64,000 bases of DNA from Chrysomallon squamiferum (taxonomy: Eukaryota; Animalia; Mollusca). The notes under the pieces are model-generated. The model saw only the letters and a program-made list of their open reading frames with translations, had not been told where the DNA came from and searched no databases. This document shows positions 13,801-24,106 of the stretch, piece after piece. Position numbers and translations under genes: made by a program. Numbering within the stretch: position 1 is the first letter of the stretch; every line of letters begins with the position of its first letter. The DNA is taken from contig CM022668.1 in the NCBI GenBank assembly GCA_012295275.1, forward strand, positions 496,001-560,000. Reading direction: 5' to 3'.

Positions 13801-15500
13801 CTTTTATTGACTAAGCCTCAAAGTTTTTAAATGTATGTTTAGTGGACACTGATTTTATGGTTAAACTACAGTGTGAGACTTGAAAATCAGAAGATCAGTT
13901 CTCATCAGTACATCATTTCTGTTTCCAGCCATGATATATATTTTTCTGTTTATTGATTGGTGCTTGTAAAGTATCTCTTCCTGCTAATTAAATTAATATA
14001 TGTACAGTGTAACAACAGTTGGCTTTGTCTCTTCTTATATGTCAATATTAAACAATTTCACTGAGGTTTAGTTTAATCTTTGAACTCGGGACTGAATAAA
14101 CAGTATATAACTTTGTTTTAAATCTTTCTTTTTTCTAATTCCAGCTCCAGAATCTTTGTAAATACAGAGTTTGTTAAGGTTTTTTCATTATTAATTGTAC
14201 AATATCTGTTCTAGATTCTGAGTCACCGGTCACATTGCAGGTGGATGTACCAATGAGAATTGATACTAAGTGTAGTGGTCAACATAACAGAAAGTTCAGT
14301 GGGAGTCGATTTGAAGAGACAATGTCGACACTAGTACCACGAGTGCCCAACAAAAGCGTTGAAGATTTGTACTGTGTGGATGCCACTCTCCACCCTCCAA
14401 CCTGCTCTTGTGACAAGTGTGTCGAAAGTCTTGGTGCCTATGCAGGTGCTGGGGTGGGTATGAGTGAACTCGAAAGCGACAGTCCCACTTCAGATAGCAA
14501 TACATTTGGGATTATCAAAGATTTATCCGTATCAAATATTCATGCATTTGAAGATGACAAAACAAGGGAATTTCTTTCAAAGGATTTTGCATCATTGTTT
14601 CATAAAACCCAGTTGAAGCTGTTGACCAGTCAGACAAGCTGTAAGAATGGTGGGAAGATCCTGGCGGCAAACACCCCCATTGAAGATGACAGTGTAGCTG
14701 GTGTCCTTGCAAGTCCTCAATCAGATATGCCAGCCACAACAATGGATCTGTGGCGGCCATGTACAACATCATCACTTTCAAACAGCATCGTATCAGTGCA
14801 GTCTGACAGCACAAATTTTGCTGAAGTTGCCAATGAGCAGTGCTCCTCTACAGGTGTGGATATCATGAAAACATCAGGGGTTGAAATCCAAAGCATTGAC
14901 ATTGAAATGGCCAGTGAAGGAAATACTGAAACAGTTTCTTTTAAAAATGAAACCAAAAATAACGAAGATTTAGATCTGGATGAAAATGGTGAACCATTTG
15001 CTTCAGTAAGGAGGTCTGATGCTGACCTGAAGATAGAGTCATCAGCAAGATCAGGTCAGGAGTTACACACTGAATCAGCCACTGATTCTTCTCTGGATTC
15101 AGCAAAGACACCTGAAGACAGCGGCAGTTCAAGTCACCAAACATCAGCTTTGGTAAATGAATGTGAGAATTATTTTACCAAACATTCATCACTGCTGGAA
15201 ATGGCTGAAAACCTTGTACAGATGACAGAAGCTATGAGTTACCAGATTCAAGCTACAAACATTGAAAACTATCCACTTGGACAGACATATGAATCTACTG
15301 AAGATTGTGTTAGCTTTGTTGAAGATGTGCAATCAGTTTTAGATATAGTCAGACCATGTGACAGCAGTAAAGACGTTCTGGCTTCAGGAACAGAAACAGA
15401 AACTGAAAAATCAGACACTAAACCACAGGTTAAGAAAAAATCTACAAAAACCAAGTCAGAAAAAAAGAAGAAGAAAGAACCACAGTCTTTTTTTGTATGA
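290..15500 (+). CDS. ANKIB1: Ankyrin repeat and IBR domain-containing protein 1 (RBR E3 ubiquitin ligase, Ariadne-related); 5'-partial, 19 coding exons in window
   Basis: All exons join in one frame through GT-AG introns. Motifs: ankyrin end [16 protein letters not shown]; [21 protein letters not shown]; RING1 [20 protein letters not shown]; [28 protein letters not shown]; RING2 [30 protein letters not shown]; Ariadne [16 protein letters not shown]. Confidence 0.95.
617..670 (+). CDS. ANKIB1: ANKIB1 exon: acidic linker
   Basis: tttag|...|gtaac; 54 nt, phase 0-0; [18 protein letters not shown]. Confidence 0.8.
1068..1185 (+). CDS. ANKIB1: ANKIB1 exon: UBA-like region
   Basis: ttcag|...|gtgag; [39 protein letters not shown]. 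Confidence 0.93.
1474..5077. mobile_element. Old non-autonomous DNA transposon with CAGGGCTAA...TTAGCCCTG ends, interrupted by the Sola2-like copy
   Basis: 9-bp perfect inverted termini; TAATA on both flanks; similar degenerate AT-rich repeat sequence on both sides. Confidence 0.5.
1559..4368 (-). mobile_element. Sola2-like DNA transposon, copy A, with ~630-bp TIRs and decayed transposase
   Basis: Termini GGGTCATTCCGTGTCAAATCACCC / GGGTGATTTGACACGGAATGACCC; TSD TATA; arms about 1559-2187 and 3764-4368; minus-strand remnants [19 protein letters not shown] and [38 protein letters not shown]. Superfamily inferred from GRG..CYC ends, 4-bp TSD and long TIR. Confidence 0.8.
5352..5527 (+). CDS. 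ANKIB1: ANKIB1 exon
   Basis: tttag|...|gttag; (E)[23 protein letters not shown]...PDAE, phase 1-0. Confidence 0.9.
6033..6121 (+). CDS. ANKIB1: ANKIB1 exon: RING1 first half
   Basis: aaag|...|gtgag; [29 protein letters not shown]. Confidence 0.93.
6404..6548 (+). CDS. ANKIB1: ANKIB1 exon: RING1 second half
   Basis: gaag|...|gtaaa; [48 protein letters not shown]. Confidence 0.93.
6806..7353. mobile_element. Internally deleted copy B of the Sola2-like family (TIR pieces only)
   Basis: Same GGGTCATTCC..AATGACCC termini and blocks nearly identical to the copy A arms; no intact TSD (ttac/atat). Confidence 0.85.
8135..8301 (+). CDS. ANKIB1: ANKIB1 exon: IBR domain
   Basis: ccag|...|gtaaa; [22 protein letters not shown]...[11 protein letters not shown]. 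Confidence 0.94.
8635..8723 (+). CDS. ANKIB1: ANKIB1 exon: end of IBR
   Basis: gcag|...|gtaca; [29 protein letters not shown]. Confidence 0.9.
9081..9211 (+). CDS. ANKIB1: ANKIB1 exon: RING2/Rcat with presumed catalytic Cys (codon 9188-9190)
   Basis: aagtag|...|gtaat; [34 protein letters not shown]; tandem acceptor allows an alternative start at 9078. Confidence 0.93.
9314..9448 (+). CDS. ANKIB1: ANKIB1 exon: end of RING2
   Basis: acag|...|gtaga; [30 protein letters not shown]. Confidence 0.94.
9591..9677 (+). CDS. ANKIB1: ANKIB1 exon: start of Ariadne domain
   Basis: ttcag|...|gtaaa; [29 protein letters not shown]. Confidence 0.93.
9995..10064 (+). CDS. ANKIB1: ANKIB1 exon: Ariadne domain
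   Basis: acag|...|gtatg; [23 protein letters not shown]. Confidence 0.9.
10467..10609 (+). CDS. ANKIB1: ANKIB1 exon: Ariadne domain
   Basis: ttcag|...|gtgaa; [42 protein letters not shown]. Confidence 0.93.
10695..10810. repeat. Imperfect (CT)n microsatellite
   Basis: Direct reading; a shorter (CT)n lies at 9250-9277. Confidence 0.95.
10972..11184 (+). CDS. ANKIB1: ANKIB1 exon: end of Ariadne domain plus basic patch
   Basis: gacag|...|gtgag; [27 protein letters not shown]...[24 protein letters not shown]. Confidence 0.92.
11454..11625 (+). CDS. ANKIB1: ANKIB1 exon: UIM-like motif
   Basis: tatag|...|gtcag; [46 protein letters not shown]. Confidence 0.85.
11987..12115 (+). CDS. ANKIB1: ANKIB1 exon: Cys/His-rich putative Zn finger
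   Basis: tttag|...|gtatt; [37 protein letters not shown], phase 1-1. Confidence 0.85.
12261..12476 (+). repeat. 110-bp-period tandem duplication spanning an intron-exon boundary
   Basis: 12261-12366 is identical to 12371-12476. Confidence 0.95.
12436..12550 (+). CDS. ANKIB1: ANKIB1 exon: UIM-like motif; acceptor duplicated 110 bp upstream
   Basis: ttaag|...|gtaat; [37 protein letters not shown]. Confidence 0.82.
12843..13585 (-). mobile_element. pogo/Tigger (Tc1-mariner superfamily) deletion derivative
   Basis: TA|CAGTGGTACTTTGACTTACGAGT ... ACTCGTATGTCAGGGTATCACTG|TA; minus strand encodes [16 protein letters not shown] and [40 protein letters not shown] (CENP-B-type HTH). Confidence 0.88.
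13628..13782 (+). CDS. ANKIB1: ANKIB1 exon: degenerate UIM-like motif
   Basis: ttcag|...|gtttt; [24 protein letters not shown]...[18 protein letters not shown], phase 2-1. Confidence 0.82.
14215..15500 (+). CDS. ANKIB1: ANKIB1 terminal coding exon: ~428-aa Ser/acidic low-complexity tail ending [12 protein letters not shown]
   Basis: ctag| acceptor in phase 1 matches the upstream exon; long open frame with coding-like GC; TGA at 15498-15500. Confidence 0.85.
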
Positions 15501-18500
15501 CAGATTCTGAGAAATTCTTTTCTGGGGATGTATATATCTTTTAGAGTTATTTAATAACTGCTTTTTAGGTCTTTCACCAAAAAATGAAGAAAAAAAAAAG
15601 AGTAAAATTAGAACAAAGTGATGTGAAATTTTAAAATGGTGATGTGATTTTTATGTGTTTCCTTTTGTTGTGTGTGTGTGTGTGTGTGTTATTAGCAGTA
15701 ATTAATGATTATTATTATCACTCTTATTATTTATTATTACTTAACTATTAATTATAATAATTACTAACTGCGAATTACTATTTTAGTATATTATCATCAT
15801 TTTGGTAAATATTTGTTAATTTTATTTATTTATTTATTAATTTAATATTTTTACTTATTTTTCTAAACTATATGAAATGTTGTATATTTTCATTGTTGCC
15901 TTGTTCCATGTCCAAAGATTTTGCCTGTTTATCATATCCTTAATTATTAAACAATTAGACAGTTATTACCTAATAAATCAGTTTAATTTGCTGAGGTCGG
16001 TGCCTGATAAACAAATACTGCATCTTGATCAGTAAATAGATCATACCTTTAGCAATGCAGGATCAAAGGTGTATCTCATTAGATATAGTTTATTATAAAC
16101 ATAAACAGTTTCATAAAATTGTACAATTAAAAAAATGTTAAAAATTAAATAAAAAAAATATTAAAAAATTAATATAATTTATGAGAATAAATTTAAAGAG
16201 AAAAAAATAAGAAATAATAAATAAATCTGATTAAATGCGAATTATTTAAATTAAATGAAACATGAATTTATTGATACCAGATCATATACAATTATTTTAA
16301 TGTTGATTATAACAAAGTATTGTATATAAATTATAATCAACTATAATCATTACCTATCGAAAATAAAAAAGGAAAAAGGGAGGTTACTGTATAAATCAGC
16401 ATGGAAATCTTTTGTAATCACAGAAAGTAAAAATTATATCTGTATTACATGTGTGATAATTTAACACTTAGACTTACAAAATGAAAATGTTTGTTGAGAT
16501 ATTCACAATTTTTTTGTAGTTTTACAGTTTTATTAATTGATTTCTAAAATTTGTTCTTTTTTTCTTCTTTTTACTTATTATTATTATAATTTGTTAATAG
16601 TTTTTTTCTTCTTTTTAATATTTTTTTTTACCATAATCAAAATTCAGACTTAGAGAGTCATTGTTTATAAACATATTTTTTTATCCTTTCTGAGTTACGT
16701 TGTAGCTCAGCTTTAAGAAAAATGAAAGGACAAAACTTATCTTCACATTTTAAAATACAAAAATATAGTAGTAGAAATAGTTTATCATCTTAAATATTAA
16801 TCCACTATTTTGCATTTCCAGTCTTAAAACTTAGAATTTTTGTAATTTTTTCTTCTTTTTTGTTTTATAAATGAAATATATAAATATTTATACAGGTCCT
16901 AAGAAGATAAATTAATATACTGACAATAATTTAATATTTGAAATGAAATTTTAAATACTAATAGTGTGCAATATTAAGGTTAATTAATATTCATAGGTTA
17001 CCAAAAATATTAGGGATCATATTATAATTAATTCATATTCAGTACTAATGGGAAATATAAGGTTAAGGAATAAAATCTTAAATATTAACTGTACACTATA
17101 TTAATATTAAGTATTATCAGTAATGTACAAAAAATAGTTTATGACAATCTGGGCTAAATTATCATGTAAAATTACATTTCAGGTTTGTACAGATATCTTG
17201 AATTAATTGTTTATATTTCGAAACTGCTAAAAATAAAGTATGACAACATGTATGTTGAAAATTAACCTAAATTGTTAGTAAATATGTTGTAAAATAACAT
17301 CAAAGGTTCCATACAATTTGGTAAGTTGTTTCTTTTTATTTTAAATAGGCTAACTGAAAAATAATGCCTGTGCTACATAGCAAAAAAGTTAAAATAAAAG
17401 AACTATGTGGGGTTACATAAAATACATATACTATAGCTGAGCTTCAGAGATATAGATTCAAGGATATGAGTACTGAATTAATCAGTGAAAGGTTTATAAC
17501 ATCTTTAATGCTAACATTTACTTGGTGTTTGTTATATAATTTCATCATATGAAATAGGAAATAACTTTGAGGAGTAGCTGTAATATTTCTTTTATTACAC
17601 AACTTCCTGAGGATAGGAAAACACTATGGCATTTGTAAACACTTCATGAAGCACTTTTTGGAACAGGAATTAGTGAATATTCTGAGAAGGATTGACAATT
17701 AAGTTATATCTCAGTACTTTAATGTTAACATTTAAACTGCTTTTTATATTGTGTTCATGCCAAAACGGCTACACTTTTAAATTAAATTTTATTACTAATA
17801 AAATCAATATTAATCCTATCTGCTCTTAAATATATTTCATGTCATTTTTACCAATGCCTTAAAGTGCTATATTCTTTAATTATGTCATTATTGTACAAAG
17901 TGACTTCAGTTGAAATATTATTATCAATATTTATATATGTGTGAGTATGTATGTATTCAGATGACTTGGAAAGAAAAAATTAATTGTTACACATTTCTGT
18001 TTTTATTTTTAATAGTATTTGAGAGTTATTTTGATTCTGAAAACAGAAGATAACGTGACAAGAAACTGCAACAGTAACACAACAAAAGTGATGATAATGA
18101 TACCATAATAAGAAAAAATAAAGTGATAACAGCAGCAATAATAATAAGAGTAACAATAACAATAGTGATGATAATAATAATATTAATAAGAAAATATTTA
18201 ACAAAGAAGAGAATTTGGCCTTTGAAAACTAGTGGATACACTGAAGAGAAATAATTTTGTGACACCACTTATACAACTACTCTGAGCTCAAATAACTGAA
18301 TGTACTTCATCTTTTCTCAAACCAATCTCTGTTTCTTTTGTTTTATTCTCAGTATTTAAAATATAATTCATTCGACTCTCATTTTTACTGTCCAGTTACT
18401 GTTGAAATAGGTCGTGAAATATGAAGTGTAGATGGTTGTCTAGCACAGACATTTGTGCAGTGGATACCATCTACTAACAACATTTTTAGATTTATGTATC

Positions 18501-19474
18501 ATTCAGTCTACTGTAGAAACATCCAAGCTTCAAGCACCTCTGTTCAGCAGGTACACTCAAACTCAATATGCACATACAGGAAAAAGCATACACACAGTGA
18601 ATTATTAAAAAATACTCTGGTATATTACTTCAGCATGTAAATCATAATAACAAGAATAAGTGGCTTTGCCGTTGAATAGTACATACAGTTCACAGAAATC
18701 ACATTTAGGAGATGAAATAACATTTGGATGATGATTTAAAACTGAATAAAAACATACAAATTGCAAATAATTAGGGGGAGAAAATCAAGAAAAAAATGTC
18801 AAATTTGTATGTGTCATAAATAACGAACTTAAATGACAATAGTTTTCTGAAGCTTAAAGAAAATAATTTTCAGTTTTCTTGTATGATGAAATTATTTTAA
18901 AATCTTGCTAAAGTGATGTACTTCAAATAAGATTAATTTTGTTGTATTCAAAAATAAATAAATGAAAGAGCATGAGTGTTTGAAACATAAAATAATGATT
19001 TCATTTATTGCAATAAAACAAAGATGATTGCTTATCCACAGCACACTCAGTTAATTTAGTGGGTCTTTACCCTTGTTATTTATTTACAATAAATAATAAT
19101 GAAGAACAAAGAGTTGAAGAAAAAGAAATGAACATATACACACATATAGAAGTTTTCTTCTTTTTTTTGTACAAAGAAGTCAGATCCATTTCTGTTGGTC
19201 AAGAGGAATTCATTGAAATATTTTTTTAATGATACCCTGAAAACAATTTTAGTATTAGGTGTAAATTACATAATATTTAATTGCAGAATCAATGAATTAA
19301 TGTTTATTTAACCATGACCAGCAGATATATTTTATAACAAACACTTACTGGCATTATATTTGTATTTTTTTTATTTCATTGATTTATGATCTAGACAAAA
19401 TGCACAGCCACCATGTAGTAGGCTTGTTATTACCCATCAGCAGCAATTTTGATATATTCTCTTTCTCAACACTA

Positions 19475-20053
19475 CAGAATCTCAATTTGCTCATATATCA
19501 AATCAGTTTTTAAATAAGAAAAAAGTATTTAATGACCAATATTGTATAAAAACAAAATAAAAGAGAATGTAAAGAAATAACTTTGTTTTGTAAAGTATAT
19601 TTATCTTGGAGAACAGAGAAATTATTTTAACACCTTTGGCTGGACTTACAGCCTTTATCGACTCCTTCAGCTTCAGCATGGTACATATTGTAGAAGTACT
19701 ACGCTAATACTGCCTAGCCAATTTGACTACAGGCACACCACACTCATGTTTTTTATGAATTAAAGCTTTAATTCAGTGAACATCACCTTTGTACTCACTT
19801 TCTTACAATATGTCCAGAAAAAAGAAATTTGGCAAAATACTGCACTAAACGCGAGCACAACACAAAACAGATGCTTCCGCTGCGAATTAACCAAGTGAAG
19901 TAAACGAGTGAGACGCGGGATGCTGGCCGGATGTTATGTTGTTCGTTGCGTCAACTAGCGGTGGCATATCTGAAGCTCGCTCGAAACTCAAAGCACAAAA
20001 TCGCCATGACGACTGCTCGTAACTCGAAAAACTCGTAAGTTGGGGCACTACTG
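19475..20053 (-). mobile_element. Second, diverged copy of the same Tigger-like element
   Basis: Colinear similarity to about 12895-13585; right end ACTCGTAAGTTGGGGCACTACTG|TA; left end truncated and approximate. Confidence 0.82.
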
Positions 20054-20189
20054 TATTTTGGTCTTGTTACATTTATTTGCAATATTTATTTATTTATTAA
20101 TTATAATAAGTATAATTAGAATAGAAATAATTTGATATCGAATTATGCGGATACATGTATAGGAATTGATTTAGATTTTATTTAAACAT

Positions 20190-20316
20190 GCCATGATGCC
20201 GCGAATAGTTGAGCGATAACACAATTTTCTATACTAACAGTCGTTTAGAAAGCTGTATAACCTAGTAATACGGGCACTTGCTATGTGAACAATGGCGGAT
20301 GTCACGGAGGCGGAAG
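20190..20316 (+). promoter_or_regulatory. Probable promoter and first exon of the neurabin gene; ATG at 20292 (MADVTEAE)
   Basis: Local CpG enrichment in a CpG-poor background; YY1-like AATGGCGG; consensus donor AAG|GTAAGC at 20316/20317. TSS not determinable. Confidence 0.65.
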
Positions 20317-23300
20317 GTAAGCTTGTTTCTGTCACCTGTTTCATTTTCTTTCTATTTCAGATTATATTTTTTGTTAGAATAGTTGCGGAAGTTGCCAATT
20401 TGGAAGTACAATATATGCCCACATTCAGCCACCATGGACGTTGATTTTATAGGCTATTTTTCACTGATCGTTGAGGTATTTATTGGTGATCGTTTGGTGA
20501 ATTTGCCAATCGGCTTGTCTAGTGTCATCTGTTAAATGTCCCTGTCACCCAGCCCATAACAGGTAGTCCAAAAATATTCTGTTTTTCTGATGGCTAAATC
20601 TTGATATTCACATACTAAATTTTTTAGGATCACACAGCAGGCTTAAAAAGAGCAATATTTATATATATATATACATATATTATATATAGTAAGCACACGA
20701 TTTCAACAGATTTGTCAAGTTTGGGGCGGGTCCTTCGTTTGACCCAAATAATTTTGCAGTAAAAATAAAATTATATAATGATATACAACACATACAATTG
20801 ATAAAAAAAAACCCACTAGCATTAAGAAGACTGTAAATCAAGGAATAAAAACAGAATCAGCAGTCACGTCTAAAGAAACATTGAAGCTAATAACAAACTT
20901 TGAAGAAAACAAACAAAATATTGAAAATAATTAATAATTTTGAAAACAGAAATAAATATGTTTAAAGGGTTATGTAATTATTCCTCATTTTGTTATATTA
21001 GAATGTTATATAAGTCATTAATTATGGATAACAACCTATAATCTTTGAAAGCTTGCTCCTGAATTATATGTCTATTTATATATATGCATATGCATAAGAT
21101 TTATAGTTTGTTTTTAACAGAGAAGCAACTTCTGTAATTTATTAAGGAGACAGTAATGTTTTCTTGTAGGTTACAGTAATCTTGTTTGTGTAGGAGACTA
21201 ATATTTTTGTATATAGGAGATGAAGTGTGAAATGGTAATTTTGTCATTTAGGAAAAAATAATGTTGTTTATATGGGAGAAAATAAAGCAGCTGTTGTTGT
21301 ATGACATTATTAAGAAAGAATCTATAGCATTTCCTGCTCTTGTCAATTCCATTGAACTGTTTGATATTGAGCAATGTCATAGGTCATGCTCTAAATACAT
21401 ATAACATGTTTAATAAAAAATGTCAGAAATTTTAAAGAATGTTAATAATGTGCAAATTTTATTTTATAATAGCATACAATATAGTTACATTTATAAAACA
21501 TGGCTCATTCTGAATCTGAATGAAAAATTAGTTCAGTATACTACACACATAGTTAATAATACAGGTATATCACTATATGATCGATTTTCCAAACACTGAT
21601 AGAACAAGAGTGCTTTTAGACTGGATAAAATTAGGACAGGATTTGAAATAAATTAATATGCATTTAATATTTCATTTAATTGATACAGCCTGTACTAACA
21701 AATGTGTACCATTCATACCAATCCTTTTTCTTTTACCATTTGTCATATATTTATTAATTTACATTTAATATTAATATAATAACTATTACTATTATCATTA
21801 CTGTTGTTTCTGCTGTATTACATTGCTACTATTAACCTCAGCTACAAATATTAGAATTTAATATATCTAATATAACTATTACATAAATGTACAGCAAATC
21901 AAAACCAGTTATTACTATTACTAAACATCTAACTGCTGATCCTATATACTATAAAATGAGCATTATGTCGCTGCTGTTATGGCTATTGTTACATTCCTGC
22001 TGTAGTACCTAACATTATTCTACTAGTGCTATTATTACTATTACTACTGTTGTTATACTACTACAGTTGATACAGTAAAACTATGATAGATGTATGGTAA
22101 CATAAACATCACACATACACATATTGTTAATATAAAAAGAAAATCATGATTGTACTAGTGACAGAAAAGTGTTAAAGTTTATGTTCTATGAACTTAATGA
22201 AACATGGTCTTTCCAAGTTTTTAGCTAAGTCACGTGCTACTTATAATTTAGCTGAGTTGATATATCAGTGTGTATAAAAGAATGGGTGAGCTCAGTGTTT
22301 TTATGTGTATATATATAGACACACACACACACACGTACACACACATACACACACATAAGTTAAAATCTGAAGAAGTAGAGAAAAAAACAATAAAAAGGAG
22401 CAAACATTGCTTAGACCATATTTTGTTATGCTTATTAATTTTTCTCACTTTTTCTGGCATAAGGGTGTTTCTCTGAGTATTTTCTTTATGTTTGTTTTTC
22501 TTCTATTTTATTTCTCCTTTTTCATGCATGATGAATTATTCATTTTAAAATAATTTTATTTGCTGACTTGTTTATTTAAAAAACCAGAATCAACAATAAC
22601 AAAAATGTATTTAGCATATTTTTCTATTTCCATAACTTTCTTATCATCAGATATTTATTTATTTTATTAAAAGTTTTAACAATGTATTTAAAATCTTTTT
22701 CCTAAAGCTAAAAAAAGTTGTTTTAGCTGCAAGTGTTTCATCATTATTTTAATATTATTTTAATACCCATAGACATACATACTACTTTATTTGTCTTTGT
22801 TTTAAAAAACATTTATTTACATGTGACATCACAAATGTATTTAATGCTGTGTGAATATTTGTGGGATTGTAGTGTATTTACTTTATGATATCCTTAGACA
22901 AATACCATTACCTACTGGCTGACATGGTGTTGTGTTTAAATGATGAATGTGGTAGCTCACTAACACTGGATTTTTGTGGCATGCTTTTTCATGCCTTGTG
23001 TTTACAACATATAAGCATGTGATTCATTCACCTCAGCTTATCAGAATAACCTTGACCATTCTTTTATTTTGTGTTACTGCTTTTAGAACTAAATTTAGAT
23101 TTTAATTATTTAGACAATAGGTATAATATATCCTAAATTTAGATTTTTTACAAAGTAATAGTTTTCTTTTTTAAGGCGATGAAGAAAAATTCTGAATTTT
23201 TTCCATTAATGCTTTTGTTCTTGTAAAAAGGAAAAAAAATCCAAACAAAACAGAAAACATTGTTGTGTATGTATATCATTTTAAACAATAGTTATTTACA

Positions 23301-23446
23301 TACTTTGCACTGTTTTATATATTACATATTTAAAAAGTTAATTATATATAATGCATTTATATTGTTGTATAATACAAATGATTATTACTAAATGCTAATA
23401 TAACTTAGATAGGTGCTAGTAGAATCCATTACTGCCAGTGTTACAT

Positions 23447-24106
23447 GATTCTAGGGAAAAAAGTCACAGAAAAAAAAAACAGGTAAAAAAGTCACAATTT
23501 TTAATTAATTTTAAGAAATATATTAGATATGAAAAATAGATTAAACATTTTGTTTGAGTTTTTTGTTAATGTTCTTTGATTTTAATGTTTGTGGTTTAGG
23601 CGGATGTTCCACCCAATAATTGAAGAAATTCTCTCAATTACAACTAGATCTTTTGACACAATTCACCCACAACTTTGTTTTGCAAGTTGCATGTTTGGTA
23701 TACATGAACCCTCATAACAGATTTTGTTACCACCTTTATTGCTATGAATAATTTCCATATTAAACACATTTCTGATCCTAGAACAAGCTCGAGAATATAT
23801 AGTGAAACACATTTTATCCTGGGACATTTTATAAATCATTTACAATAGGAAGCCCTTAGTTTAAATCTATCCTAATCAGTAAGCTGGACCTAATCCTGCC
23901 AAACTTATCCTAATTAATAAGTGTAACAAGTCACCTCCCCTGCACAATATGAAGCCTCTTTCTTTAATCTAGCCTAATCAATAAGCTTAACAATTATCCC
24001 ATGCATACTATGATGCCACATTCAATATTCTACAAACCTATACATTTTGTGACTTTTTTCCTGTGATTTTTGTTCCTATAGTAAATTGTGACTTTTTTCC
24101 AGCCAC
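23447..24106. mobile_element. Mutator/MULE-like MITE
   Basis: Repeated GAAAAAAGTCACA units at left and TGTGACTTTTTTC units at right (inverted); degenerate 10-bp flanking duplication agtgttacat / aatgttgtat differing only by transitions. Confidence 0.6.

Noticed and set aside
14235-15500. 421-aa ORF as a standalone gene
   Set aside because: It begins at TTG and has an in-phase acceptor at 14214/14215, so it is better explained as the last ANKIB1 exon
16035-16085. Small hairpin in the presumed ANKIB1 3' UTR (TACCTTT...AAAGGTG) as SECIS or miRNA
   Set aside because: Stem is short and imperfect, no SECIS core was recognised and the CDS has no internal TGA
15501-19100. Exact ANKIB1 polyadenylation site
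   Set aside because: AATAAA occurs many times in this AT-rich stretch and none can be singled out
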